A stretch of DNA of 64,000 bases from an uncultured delta proteobacterium (GTDB lineage: Bacteria > Myxococcota > B64-G9), in the NCBI GenBank assembly GCA_963754925.1, contig CAVWHX010000003.1, forward strand, positions 672,001-736,000, given 5' to 3'. Each line of letters opens with the position of its first letter. Positions within the stretch are counted from its first letter, which is position 1. Positions 48,039 to 58,120 of the stretch are shown one piece after another. The notes below the pieces were generated by a model, which was not told the DNA's origin, made no database searches, and saw only the letters and a program-made list of their open reading frames with translations. Position numbers and translations under genes: made by a program.

Positions 48039-50561
48039 ATGCTTCGAATAATTGATGTCGACGAGGCGAAGCGGACTATATTGCAGCGGCGGAGGCTCGG
48101 CGGCGGCGAAATCCCACCGGCCGTGCGCGATGGGTTGCGCCGGATTTTCGGCGTCGATACAACACCGTATGAAGCCGTACGTCAAATCATCAAAGATATA
48201 CGCGAAGGAACGACTATCCCTGCAGATCGAAAAAACCTTCGCGCGGATGCGGGAGTTCAAGATGCGCCGGCGCGAAGTGGTGATGCCGCCGTGTTGTACT
48301 GGACAGAGAAAATAGATGGCCTACGACTTGATTCACTCGTAGTGCCGCCGGAGGAATATGCAGCGGCTTTCTCAAGGTTGAACGGTGAGTTACAGAAATC
48401 GTTGCGCTATGCGGCCGACCGCGTTAGGGCTTTCCATGCGCGCCAGCCGTTGCCATCTTGGTCAACGAGCGAGCTTGGCGGCGAGCTTGGACAAGTCGTC
48501 ACCCCACTCAACCGGGTTGGTGTCTATGTGCCGGGAGGAAGCGCTCCCCTGCCCTCCTCGCTGCTGATGTCGGCTATTCCGGCCAAGGTAGCGGGCGTCA
48601 AGGAGATAGTGGTCGCTACCCCGCCGGGAAAAAGCGACGGCCGGGTACCCGATGTAGTCTTGGCGGCGGCGCATCTCGCCTCTGTGGATGCCGTCTACCG
48701 CATGGGCGGGGCGCAGGCCATCGCGGCCTTAGCCTTTGGAACCGAAAGCATTCCAAAAGTCGATAAAATAGTCGGCGCCGGTAACTTGTTTGTCACGTTA
48801 GCCAAGCAGCAGGTCTACGGTCAGGTCGGGCTCGACGGATTGGCCGGACCGACCGAGACGGTGATTGTGGCCGATGATACGGCCAACCCGGTCTGGTTGG
48901 CCGCCGATTTGCTGGCCCAAGCTGAACACGATTTCCTTGCCACGGCGATTCTCTTGACGCCGTCACGCACCCTGGCCGCGGCGGTGAACACCGAGGTCTA
49001 TCGCCAGTTGCCTCTGCTGCCGCGGCGCAGCGTGATTGAGGTCGCGTTAGCAGCGCAGAGCGGCATCATCATAACCCGCGATATCGCCCAGGCCGTGCAA
49101 CTGGCCGATGACTTTGCGCCGGAGCACTTGTGTTTGTCGGTGAGCAATCCGCGGCAGTGGGCAAGCCGTATCACGCACGCGGGCGGGTTATTTATCGGCG
49201 AGCGTTCGTTTGAAGTCTTGGGCGATTACACGGCCGGTCCAAGCCACGTTATGCCTACGGGAGGGACGGCTCGTTTCGCCTCCCCGCTCAACGTGTTGGA
49301 TTTTGTCCGCATTACCAACGTCATCGCCTTGGACGAGCGCACCGCAGGCGCGCTGAGCGTGCACGCGGCCCGTATCGCGCGGGCTGAGGCGCTTGACGCT
49401 CACGCGCAAGCCGCATCGTGTCGGGCTACAGACGATGACGCCCGGAGCGAAGCCGGCAACACTCCCTATGAAACGCCCGGATTGCGATGCCAGTCGGTCT
49501 TTCATGAGGTGGAGCCCTACGTCCCGATCGTTCCCTTTGAGATCTGGGCCGAGCGCCTGGGCCGATCGCCCGAGACGATTGTCAAGCTGGATGCAAACGA
49601 AAACCCTTATGGTCCAGCGCCGCGGGCACGGGCGGCGCTGCAATCGTGCACGTGGTTAAATATCTACCCCGACCCCGGAAGCACCCTCCTGAGACGGGCG
49701 CTTGCCGATTATCTCAACCTGCCGATTGAGACGATCATGGCTGGCTCAGGGGTTGACGAGCTTCTTGACCTGCTGTTGCGCCCGGTGCTTGCTCCCGGGG
49801 ATGTGGTGGTCAACTGCGAACCGACCTTTGGGATGTATGCGTATCTTACCAAGGTCAACCACGGTCGTCTGCTCGACGTCAAGCGGCGCGCCGACTTCCG
49901 CTTGGACATCGAAGCCATTACGGAAGCGGTCAAAACCGAACCACGCGCGAAGGTATTATTCGTCTGCTCCCCCAATAACCCGGATGGCAGTGTGGTATCG
50001 GACTCGGAATTGCAACGCCTCTTGGAGTTGCCGCTGCTGGTGGTTTTGGATGAAGCTTATGTCGAGTTTTACGGCAAAAGCCGCATTGAATGGATCCGCG
50101 ACCATTCCAATATGGTGGTGCTACGCACCTTCAGCAAATGGGCCGGACTTGCCGGTTTGCGGGTCGGGTACGGAGCATTTCCCGACTGGTTGATTTCCCG
50201 CATGTGGTGTATTAAGCAACCGTACAATGTCAATAGCGCAGGTCAACAAGCTGCGCTCGCTTCGCTTGAGGAGGCCGATTGGTTGATGGCCAACGTCGAG
50301 CGGCTGCGGACAGAGCGGGCCCGACTCTTTGAAGCGTTACGAACCATGGAAGGCTTTTCGGTGTATCCGAGCGAGAGCAACTTTATTTTGTGCCGGTTGG
50401 TGGGACGGGACGCGCTGGCTCTCAAATGCTCGCTGGAACAGGAAGGCGTGCTGGTGCGCCATTTTGACAGACCCGACCTGCGTGACTGCATCCGCATCAG
50501 TGTAGGTCGGCCGCAGGACAGCGATGCGTTGCTGCGCGCATTGCGGAAACTTGGTGTATAA
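48039..50561 (+). CDS. hisD: Fused histidinol dehydrogenase (HisD) and histidinol-phosphate aminotransferase (HisC)
   Basis: HisD: YVPGG, AGPTE, DLLAQAEHD, APEHL, GDY.AGPSHVMPT. HisC: KLDANENPYG, YPDP, SPNNPDG, DEAY, RTFSKWAGLAGLRVGY. Single 840 aa frame. Confidence 0.9.
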   Translation: MLRIIDVDEAKRTILQRRRLGGGEIPPAVRDGLRRIFGVDTTPYEAVRQIIKDIREGTTIPADRKNLRADAGVQDAPARSGDAAVLYWTEKIDGLRLDSLVVPPEEYAAAFSRLNGELQKSLRYAADRVRAFHARQPLPSWSTSELGGELGQVVTPLNRVGVYVPGGSAPLPSSLLMSAIPAKVAGVKEIVVATPPGKSDGRVPDVVLAAAHLASVDAVYRMGGAQAIAALAFGTESIPKVDKIVGAGNLFVTLAKQQVYGQVGLDGLAGPTETVIVADDTANPVWLAADLLAQAEHDFLATAILLTPSRTLAAAVNTEVYRQLPLLPRRSVIEVALAAQSGIIITRDIAQAVQLADDFAPEHLCLSVSNPRQWASRITHAGGLFIGERSFEVLGDYTAGPSHVMPTGGTARFASPLNVLDFVRITNVIALDERTAGALSVHAARIARAEALDAHAQAASCRATDDDARSEAGNTPYETPGLRCQSVFHEVEPYVPIVPFEIWAERLGRSPETIVKLDANENPYGPAPRARAALQSCTWLNIYPDPGSTLLRRALADYLNLPIETIMAGSGVDELLDLLLRPVLAPGDVVVNCEPTFGMYAYLTKVNHGRLLDVKRRADFRLDIEAITEAVKTEPRAKVLFVCSPNNPDGSVVSDSELQRLLELPLLVVLDEAYVEFYGKSRIEWIRDHSNMVVLRTFSKWAGLAGLRVGYGAFPDWLISRMWCIKQPYNVNSAGQQAALASLEEADWLMANVERLRTERARLFEALRTMEGFSVYPSESNFILCRLVGRDALALKCSLEQEGVLVRHFDRPDLRDCIRISVGRPQDSDALLRALRKLGV

Positions 50562-50631
50562 CCATGTAACCGTTCAGGCGATAGGCGATGAACTTTTGCA
50601 AGAAATCCTGAACGAACCGCGAGGTATACCA

Positions 50632-51222
50632 ATGCGAACCGCTACTCTCGAACGTCGAACGAACGAAACTCAGATTCAGGTAACGCTTACCCTGGATGGC
50701 TCCGGGACCTATGACATCAACACCGGGATCGGCTTTTTCGATCATCTCCTGCGGCACGTTGCGGTCCACGGGTTGTTCAACCTCACGGTGCAGGCTCGCG
50801 GCGATTTGGAGATCGACGCGCACCACACCATCGAGGACGTGGCTCTGGTGCTCGGCACCTGCCTGGATAAAGCTCTGGGCGACCGTGCCGGCCTCACGCG
50901 CATGGGCCAAGCGATCGTGCCGATGGACGAAAGCCTGGTCTTGGTCGCAGTTGATCTCAGCGGCCGGCCGTATGCCGTCGTTCGGGCGGACTGGGATGTC
51001 CCTCTGATTGGGCAGATGCCGACGGCATTGGTGGCGCATTTCCTCAAATCGCTCGCTTCGGCCGGGCGCCTCAATCTGCATGCTCGGGTGTTGGCGGGTC
51101 AGGACGGCCACCACCAGGCCGAAGCTCTTTTCAAGGCCTTGGGCCGCGCACTTGAGATGGCCGTGCGCATCGATGCGCGCCGCGAGAAGCAGATTCCTTC
51201 TACTAAAGGTACCCTTAGTTGA
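50632..51222 (+). CDS. hisB: Imidazoleglycerol-phosphate dehydratase (monofunctional)
   Basis: RRTNETQI, TGIGFFDH, DAHHTIED, PMDE, HHQAEALFKA, PSTKG. Confidence 0.95.
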   Translation: MRTATLERRTNETQIQVTLTLDGSGTYDINTGIGFFDHLLRHVAVHGLFNLTVQARGDLEIDAHHTIEDVALVLGTCLDKALGDRAGLTRMGQAIVPMDESLVLVAVDLSGRPYAVVRADWDVPLIGQMPTALVAHFLKSLASAGRLNLHARVLAGQDGHHQAEALFKALGRALEMAVRIDARREKQIPSTKGTLS

Positions 51223-51833
51223 TCGCGTTAATCGATTACGGCTTGGGCAACCTGCGCTCGGTGCAAAAAGCCTTTGAGCACCTGGGAGTCCCGGTGATGC
51301 TGACCCAGGATCCCGACCACCTTCGTAGCGCCCGCAAATTGATCTTGCCGGGCGTAGGCGCTTTCTCGGCCGGGATGGAAGGCTTGCGGCAGCGCGGCCT
51401 CGTTGAACCCATCCTGCAGGCGGCACGGGCTTCCGTGCCGTTACTAGGAATCTGTCTGGGAATGCAGTTACTGTTTGACGAAAGCGAGGAGGTACGCGCG
51501 GGATATCAACCGGAAAAAGGGCTGGGCCTCATTCCCGGCCGCGTCGTGCGGCTGCGGGGAAAAAACCTGATCATACCGCACATGGGCTGGAATCAAATCC
51601 AACCGGTTCGCGATTCAGCGTTGTTGCGAGGGCTTTCGCCGGGCGCCTATGCGTACTTTGTGCATTCCTACATTTGCCAACCGGCCAATCCGGAAGCGAT
51701 CGTGGCCGTTACGGATTACGGCGAAAACTTCGCTTCGGTGGTGGGGTTGGGAACCACGTGGGGCATTCAGTTGCATCCTGAAAAAAGTCAGCGGGTCGGC
51801 CTTAAGATATTGCAAAATTTTATCAACTACTGA
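51219..51833 (+). CDS. hisH: IGP synthase glutaminase subunit
   Basis: DYGLGNL.SV, PGVGAF, GICLGMQ, PHMGWN, YFVHSY, HPEKS. Confidence 0.95.
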   Translation: MIALIDYGLGNLRSVQKAFEHLGVPVMLTQDPDHLRSARKLILPGVGAFSAGMEGLRQRGLVEPILQAARASVPLLGICLGMQLLFDESEEVRAGYQPEKGLGLIPGRVVRLRGKNLIIPHMGWNQIQPVRDSALLRGLSPGAYAYFVHSYICQPANPEAIVAVTDYGENFASVVGLGTTWGIQLHPEKSQRVGLKILQNFINY

Positions 51834-51844
51834 AGAACGAGCAT

Positions 51845-52600
51845 ATGACGACGAATACGTTTGAAATCTATCCAGCTATTGATGTGCGCAACGGCAAGGT
51901 GGTTCGCCTTCAAGAAGGCGATCCGCAACGAGAGACCGTTTTCGCGGACTCCCCCGTGGTCGTGGCCGAACGTTGGACTTCTTTGGGCGCGCGCTGGCTG
52001 CACGTAATCAATTTGGACGGCGCCCTCGACGAGAGCCCCACGGACTCGCCGCAATTTTTGGCGCTTCTGCGTAAGCTGTGCGCTGTCGGACCGCGGGTGC
52101 AGTTCGGCGGCGGGATTCGTTCATTAGAGCTCATGCAATCGGTCGTCTCGGCGGGGGTCTCTCGAGCAATACTCGGCACCGTAGCCGTCAAGCATCCAGA
52201 ACTGGTTAAAACAGCCTTGGCGACCTTTGGCGCGCAGGCTGTCGCCGTCGGTATAGATACCCGCGAAGGCCGCGTGCGTTTGCACGGTTGGCAAGCTGAC
52301 AGCGGCCTCATGGCGGTTGATCTGGGACGGCATATGAAAGCGCTCGGCGTTGAGATGGTCATCCACACCGACATCGCACGCGATGGGTTACTCACCGGCG
52401 TCAACGCACGAGCTTCGGGCGAGCTCGCGCAATCGTGCGGGTTGCGCGTCATCGCCTCCGGGGGCGTGGCGACGATCGAGGACATCAGGCGCGCGCGTGC
52501 TGCGTTGCCTCAGGGGGTGGAAGGCGTGATCATTGGTCGGGCGCTCTATCAAGGTACCGTGGACTTAACTGAGGCCCTGGCCATCGCGGAAGGCCGATAG
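51845..52600 (+). CDS. hisA: ProFAR isomerase
   Basis: [37 protein letters not shown]. Confidence 0.95.
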   Translation: MTTNTFEIYPAIDVRNGKVVRLQEGDPQRETVFADSPVVVAERWTSLGARWLHVINLDGALDESPTDSPQFLALLRKLCAVGPRVQFGGGIRSLELMQSVVSAGVSRAILGTVAVKHPELVKTALATFGAQAVAVGIDTREGRVRLHGWQADSGLMAVDLGRHMKALGVEMVIHTDIARDGLLTGVNARASGELAQSCGLRVIASGGVATIEDIRRARAALPQGVEGVIIGRALYQGTVDLTEALAIAEGR

Positions 52601-52602
52601 CC

Positions 52603-53394
52603 ATGTTGGCGCGACGCATCATACCGTGCTTGGACGTGGATAACGGACGCGTGGTCAAGGGTATCAATTTCGTCAGCCTGCGCGATGCCGGTGATCCGGT
52701 CGAGCAAGCCCGGGTTTATGAAGCCGAGTGCGCCGACGAACTGGTCTTTCTAGATATCACCGCCACTTCCGACCGTCGTCAGACGGCGGTTGAGCTTGCC
52801 CGCCGCGTTGCGGATCAAGTGTTCATTCCCTTCACCATCGGCGGCGGCATCCGCAGTCTTGAAGACGCGCGCGCCTTGATTCGCGCCGGCGCCGACAAGA
52901 TCAGCATGAATTCCGCAGCCGTAGCCAACCCTGAGCTTATCACTATCACCGCAGGTAAGCTCGGGAGCCAGGCGGTGGTGGTGGCGATCGACGCCAAGCA
53001 ACTTCCCCGTGAGCCGGGCAAGCCGCAGCGCTGGCAAGTCTACGTGGCCGGCGGGCGTACGCCAACGGAAGTGGATGCGCTGGCGTGGGCTCGGCAAGCC
53101 GCTGAACGCGGGGCGGGTGAAATCTTGCTCACCAGCATGGACGCCGACGGGACGCAGGCGGGTTACGACCTCGAGTTAACGCGCGCCGTAGCAGACACGG
53201 TCAATATTCCGGTAATCGCTTCGGGCGGGGCCGGCAAACTCGAACATTTCGCCACGGCCTTCACCGAGGGACACGCCTCGGCGGCGTTGGCCGCTTCCCT
53301 GTTTCACTTTCGCCAGCTGAGCGTTCCTGACGTCAAGCGATACCTTCAAGCACACGGCATTCCCGTGCGACCTTGGACCAACGATGAAAGTTAA
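52603..53394 (+). CDS. hisF: IGP synthase cyclase subunit
   Basis: [42 protein letters not shown]. Confidence 0.97.
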   Translation: MLARRIIPCLDVDNGRVVKGINFVSLRDAGDPVEQARVYEAECADELVFLDITATSDRRQTAVELARRVADQVFIPFTIGGGIRSLEDARALIRAGADKISMNSAAVANPELITITAGKLGSQAVVVAIDAKQLPREPGKPQRWQVYVAGGRTPTEVDALAWARQAAERGAGEILLTSMDADGTQAGYDLELTRAVADTVNIPVIASGGAGKLEHFATAFTEGHASAALAASLFHFRQLSVPDVKRYLQAHGIPVRPWTNDES

Positions 53395-54565
53395 GAAGAT
53401 ATTCCTCCTCGACCTTGACAATGTCTTGGTTTATCCGGGAGGGTACCGCGAGGCGCTCAAGGCCACCGTTCATTTCTTCAGCCGGGCCATGGGAGCAGGC
53501 GAAGGGTTTCTTGACGATGCCGCGATCGAAACATTCGAGGCCTTTGGCATAACCAGCGAATGGGACTCGAGCGCCATCTGCGTGGCGATTATCTTGGTCG
53601 AGGTTATGCGGGCGCACAGCGCCATATCACTCCCCGCCGAAATTGATCCGGCTCTTGCGGCCATTCACGCGGCCGGGCCCAGTCAACCGAAGATCGACCT
53701 CGCGGCGTGGGCGCGTCGAATAGCGCAGGCAATACCGCGGTTCGGCTATCCATCCGATGCAGCCCTATCGACACTTCTCGAAGAGGTAAAAAACTTTAGT
53801 CTACGGCCTCAGATCGAAATTCTGCTGCATGGGCTGCTCGACCACACGCGTGATTTTTCACGTTCTCCCGCCATGCGCGTTTTTCAACAGTACACTTTGG
53901 GAAGCGAAGGATTTTCGAAGCATTATGGCATGCCAGCGGCATTTGAGACTCCTTCATGTATCAGCGCCTACGATCGCCCGGCGCTTTTATCCAAGTACCG
54001 CGATGTGGTTCTGGACTTATGCGCTCGAGGTAGTATATCCGCGGCAATCTACACGTCGCGCCCCTGCTGGCCGCGCACGTTGCCAGGCCGAGTGGAAGAC
54101 TATTCTCCCGAAGCCGAGCTTGCATTGGATTTGGTCGGGTTAAAAAACTTACCCCTGGTTGGCGCCGGGCACACCGCTTGGCTGGCAGCGCAGCACAGCC
54201 GCCGCCCCGAGCAATTCATCAAACCCTCGCCGGTTCACGCTTTAGCGGCCATCGGCATGGCGCTTGGCGGTAATGAGCGCGCAGCACTCGAGGCGGCACT
54301 TTCCGTAGCAGAAAAGCAGAAACTCCGAGAGCCGCTTGATGTTTTGCACGGTCAGCAGGTGGAGATCCATATCTTTGAGGACTCCACCGTCGGCATTCAG
54401 GGGGTGCGGGACGCGGCCAATCATCTACAAAAATCAGAAGTTATGCCGATTGTCAAAGAATGGGGAATAGCAACAAACCCTGAAAAGCGTCATGCCTTAG
54501 AGAACCTTGGGGTAGCTACCCTCGATGATATCAACCAGGCGTTGGAAGCGGCAGTTGAGCGCTAG
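53384..54565 (+). CDS. HAD-superfamily hydrolase-like protein
   Basis: Motif I DLDNV, motif II YTSR, motif III KPSP, motif IV FEDS; overlaps the end of hisF. Confidence 0.7.
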   Translation: MKVKKIFLLDLDNVLVYPGGYREALKATVHFFSRAMGAGEGFLDDAAIETFEAFGITSEWDSSAICVAIILVEVMRAHSAISLPAEIDPALAAIHAAGPSQPKIDLAAWARRIAQAIPRFGYPSDAALSTLLEEVKNFSLRPQIEILLHGLLDHTRDFSRSPAMRVFQQYTLGSEGFSKHYGMPAAFETPSCISAYDRPALLSKYRDVVLDLCARGSISAAIYTSRPCWPRTLPGRVEDYSPEAELALDLVGLKNLPLVGAGHTAWLAAQHSRRPEQFIKPSPVHALAAIGMALGGNERAALEAALSVAEKQKLREPLDVLHGQQVEIHIFEDSTVGIQGVRDAANHLQKSEVMPIVKEWGIATNPEKRHALENLGVATLDDINQALEAAVER

Positions 54566-54660
54566 AATATCAGAGATATCCTCGTCACTCGGTATCGTTT
54601 ATCTATAGCCACACGCAGGTTTATCGCTACGATCGATTAGCTGTTCTTCCTGATTCGGTA

Positions 54661-54689
54661 TTGACTTACTGATTAATCAGGCTTAATTT
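54661..54689 (+). promoter_or_regulatory. sigma70-like promoter with a palindrome in the spacer
   Basis: TTGACT-N17-TAATTT; CTGATTAATCAG at 54669-54680. Confidence 0.45.
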
Positions 54690-54803
54690 ATACCCGGTTT
54701 TGGTGAGATACTCCGGGGAAATAGCGTAACTCACGAATAAAAAGTACGTTTTTTGGTATCTCAATTAGACATTTTACAATGTGGGGAAAAAGGAAAACAT
54801 GCC

Positions 54804-56273
54804 ATGTATCCGCATATTCCCGAAAACATCGAGGGCCTGCCGAATATATCGGGTTCGGAAGATCTCGTCGACCAGGCGGTAAAGCAGGGATCCAAACTCA
54901 CCATTTTCAAGAACGAAAGCCATCTCGATTTTGGGAGCGTCAAAAGCGCCTTTGCCATTGCCCTGCACATGCATCAGCCGCTTATTCCGGCTGGCGGCGG
55001 CGACCTGCGCACCGCCGCCATCATCAGCAATCTCAAATACATGATGGACAATCAGGGCATCGGCGACAACCATAACGCGCCGGTTTTCCTCTGGTGTTAC
55101 AAGCGCATGGGCGAATTCATTCCGCAGCTCGTGGACGAAGGCAAAAATCCGCGCATCATGCTTGATTATTCGGGTACGTTACTGCACGGCTTGCGCGCCA
55201 TGGGCGCAAACGACGTCTTCGACAACCTCAAGCGCATTACCTGCGACCCACACTATCGTCGCTGCGTCGAATGGCTCGGTTGCCCGTGGGGGCATGCGGT
55301 CGCGCCCTCGACGCCGGTGCAGGATTATCGCCTGCACATCAAGGCCTGGCAGCAACAGTTTGCGGCCATTTTCGGATTCGAAGCGCTCGAACGCGTGCGC
55401 GGTTTCTCTCCCGCCGAAATGGCGCTTCCCAACCATCCGGACCTTGCCTATGAATTTGTCAAGACCCTCAAGGACTGCGGCTTTCAGTGGGTGCTGGTGC
55501 AGGAGCATTCGGTCGAGCGCCCGGAAAGCGGCGACGGGCCGCAGCGCAAGCATATTCCGCACCGTCTCGTCTGCACCAGTTCCAGCGGCGAGACGGCAGA
55601 AATCATCGCCGTCATCAAAACCCAGGGCAGCGATACCAAGCTGGTCGCGCAGATGCAGCCATACTACGAGGCGCGCGGGCTCTCGCGCTTGTCGCTCGCC
55701 GGTCGCGACATCCCCCCACTCGTCACCCAGATAGCCGACGGCGAAAACGGCGGCGTCATGATGAATGAATTCCCGCCCAAGTATATAGAGGTCATGCGCG
55801 AAAGTTCAGGCAGCGAAACGCCGGTTATGAACGTGAGCGAGTACCTGGAGCAGCTTTTCGGCATGGGCATCAAAGAGCGCGACTTGCCCGCGCTGCAGCC
55901 GATCATGCAAAAGCGAATCTGGGACCGGGTGAAACCGGGCAGCGGGCCTGAAAAGCTCAGCACGGCGATCGAGCAACTTAAAAAAGAGGACGGCCGCTTT
56001 CATATGGAAGGCGGAAGCTGGACCAACAATATTTCGTGGGTTCGCGGTTACGACAAATTGATCGGGCCCATGGAAAAAGTAAGCGCGCTGTTTTATCAAA
56101 AGGCGCTTTCCTTAGGAGAGGTATCCACCAGCGAACACCGTTTCCGTAACGCGCTGTTTCATCTGCTTGCGTCCCAGACGAGCTGTTACCGCTACTGGGG
56201 CCAAGGCATGTGGGTCGAGTATGGGAAAGAAATCTGCCGGCGCGCCTACGAGATTTTGGAGCACGATTTTTAG
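54804..56273 (+). CDS. Glycoside hydrolase family 57-like protein
   Basis: LHMHQP, FSPAEM, DGENGG, TSCYRYWG. Confidence 0.8.
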   Translation: MYPHIPENIEGLPNISGSEDLVDQAVKQGSKLTIFKNESHLDFGSVKSAFAIALHMHQPLIPAGGGDLRTAAIISNLKYMMDNQGIGDNHNAPVFLWCYKRMGEFIPQLVDEGKNPRIMLDYSGTLLHGLRAMGANDVFDNLKRITCDPHYRRCVEWLGCPWGHAVAPSTPVQDYRLHIKAWQQQFAAIFGFEALERVRGFSPAEMALPNHPDLAYEFVKTLKDCGFQWVLVQEHSVERPESGDGPQRKHIPHRLVCTSSSGETAEIIAVIKTQGSDTKLVAQMQPYYEARGLSRLSLAGRDIPPLVTQIADGENGGVMMNEFPPKYIEVMRESSGSETPVMNVSEYLEQLFGMGIKERDLPALQPIMQKRIWDRVKPGSGPEKLSTAIEQLKKEDGRFHMEGGSWTNNISWVRGYDKLIGPMEKVSALFYQKALSLGEVSTSEHRFRNALFHLLASQTSCYRYWGQGMWVEYGKEICRRAYEILEHDF

Positions 56274-56324
56274 CTTGATTGACGTACGGTGAAGACGTAC
56301 AAGGAGCTAACCAGGAGTCATTTG

Positions 56325-57488
56325 ATGCGTATAGCACATCTTGCGTGGGAGTCGCTGCATTCGATTGCCGTCGGCGGGGTAGCGGTCCACGTAACCGAAT
56401 TGGCGGCGGCGCTTCAGCGCAAGGGTCACGAAGTGCACGTTTTCACGCGGATGCGTTGGCACGGCGACTGGCAATACACCGTCATCGACGGGGTGCACTA
56501 TCATCGCGTTCCCTACGGCGGTTCGGCCAATATTATCGACGATGTCAACAACATGTGCCGGGCATTTGTCAATGCGGTGTTTAATGTCGAGGATTACATG
56601 GGCGCGCCTTTCGATATCGTGCACGCCCACGACTGGATGGCGTCCAACGCGATGGTATGGATAAAACAGGGGCGAGGCCGCAAGGGCATCATGACCATGC
56701 ACTCGACCGAATACGGCAGGTGCGGAAATAATTTCTACCAGGGGCCGTCCCGCCGCATCATGGATCACGAACGCCACGGTACCTTTTGCGCCGATCGGGT
56801 TATTACCGTTTCCAACGCCCTCAAGGGCGAAGTAATGTGGATCTACAATGTTCCGGATTGGAAAACCGCCGTCATACACAACGGAATTTCGTATTGGCAA
56901 TTCGACGGCTTTTTAAACCCAGGAGGCGTAAAAAGCCGCTACCACATCGGTCCTCTGGATCCGACCATACTCTTCGTGGGACGGATGACCGCTCAAAAAG
57001 GCCCGGATCTGTTGGTTGAGGCCATTCCGCATGTGCTCAAGTTTTACGGGAACGCCAAGTTTATCTTCACCGGCGATGGCGATATGCGCGGCCAGGTCGA
57101 GCGCCGGGCGTGGCAACTCGGCGTGCAGCATGCATGCCGTTTTTACGGCGTGATGCCCCGCCAAGAGCTCATTGATCTGTACAAATCGGTCGATGGCGTT
57201 GTGGTCCCGAGCAGAAATGAACCGTTTGGGATCGTGGTCCTCGAGGCGTGGGCCGCGGGAAAACCGGTTATCGCGACCGTCAACGGCGGCCCATCGGAAA
57301 TCACCTGGCACGACGTCACCGGTTACCGGATCTCGCCCAATCCTGATTCCATTGCCTGGGGCATCGGAACGCTTTTTAAAGACTTCGAACACGGGCGCTG
57401 GATGGGGCGCAACGGCCGCCAGGCGGCTGAAACCATCTTTTCTTGGGACACGATAGCCGGTCACACGTTGGGCGTTTATCACTCGTGA
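56325..57488 (+). CDS. GT4 family glycosyltransferase
   Basis: WES..S..VGG.AVHVTELA, HAHDW, HSTEYGR, GRM..QKG, PSRNEPFGIVVLEA. Confidence 0.9.
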   Translation: MRIAHLAWESLHSIAVGGVAVHVTELAAALQRKGHEVHVFTRMRWHGDWQYTVIDGVHYHRVPYGGSANIIDDVNNMCRAFVNAVFNVEDYMGAPFDIVHAHDWMASNAMVWIKQGRGRKGIMTMHSTEYGRCGNNFYQGPSRRIMDHERHGTFCADRVITVSNALKGEVMWIYNVPDWKTAVIHNGISYWQFDGFLNPGGVKSRYHIGPLDPTILFVGRMTAQKGPDLLVEAIPHVLKFYGNAKFIFTGDGDMRGQVERRAWQLGVQHACRFYGVMPRQELIDLYKSVDGVVVPSRNEPFGIVVLEAWAAGKPVIATVNGGPSEITWHDVTGYRISPNPDSIAWGIGTLFKDFEHGRWMGRNGRQAAETIFSWDTIAGHTLGVYHS

Positions 57489-57517
57489 AATAATCTCTTT
57501 AGCCCTGGTTAGGAGAA

Positions 57518-57886
57518 TTGATGAAAACACAAACATGTCTTGGTTGTGATGGTGAAGTTTCCTGTCAAGGAGATGACCAAGAGAAGATTATGAGCTATTA
57601 CTGCGATCGGTGCGGACATTACCAGGCAGAAAAACCAGTTATCGCGTTATATGATGCCCAGCGGCAGAACCATACCATGAAAACGAAATTGCAAAAAAGA
57701 CTCGGCAAAACAAAGGATAGCCATAACCGTATGATAACCACGAAACAAAGAATGAAAAAATTGAAAAAGGAAGGAATATCGTTCATTATCACCCTCGACG
57801 AAAATACTCCTCATACCGTTGAGTTGTGGAACGTCCAGAACGTCGGGGGTGTTTCAAAAATCTCTCTCGATGATGAACCTGCATAG
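57518..57886 (+). CDS. Hypothetical protein with two CxxC motifs
   Basis: CLGC...CDRC; SD AGGAG. Confidence 0.55.
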   Translation: MMKTQTCLGCDGEVSCQGDDQEKIMSYYCDRCGHYQAEKPVIALYDAQRQNHTMKTKLQKRLGKTKDSHNRMITTKQRMKKLKKEGISFIITLDENTPHTVELWNVQNVGGVSKISLDDEPA

Positions 57887-58120
57887 TAACGTGTTTCACC
57901 AGCTTTGTTCTCACTACGGTAGTCTGATAAACGCTCGTTCCGACCTTGTCGAGCGCTCGTGCGGCCCTGCTTTGTGTTTATTGTCCTCGTTGTCATTTCT
58001 ATGACGGATGACCGGTTTTCGCTCGACATCATAGCGCGGCCTCACCGCCGGTCATAATCGCTTAAGACAGTTCTTGCGTCAGGTGCGGAAACGATCGAAT
58101 CTCCGACCGGGAGTGCATCG

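Noticed and set aside
50524..50631. N-terminal extension of HisB (possible phosphatase domain)
   Set aside because: Only 36 aa, overlaps the end of hisC and has no HAD motif; SD GAGG precedes ATG 50632.
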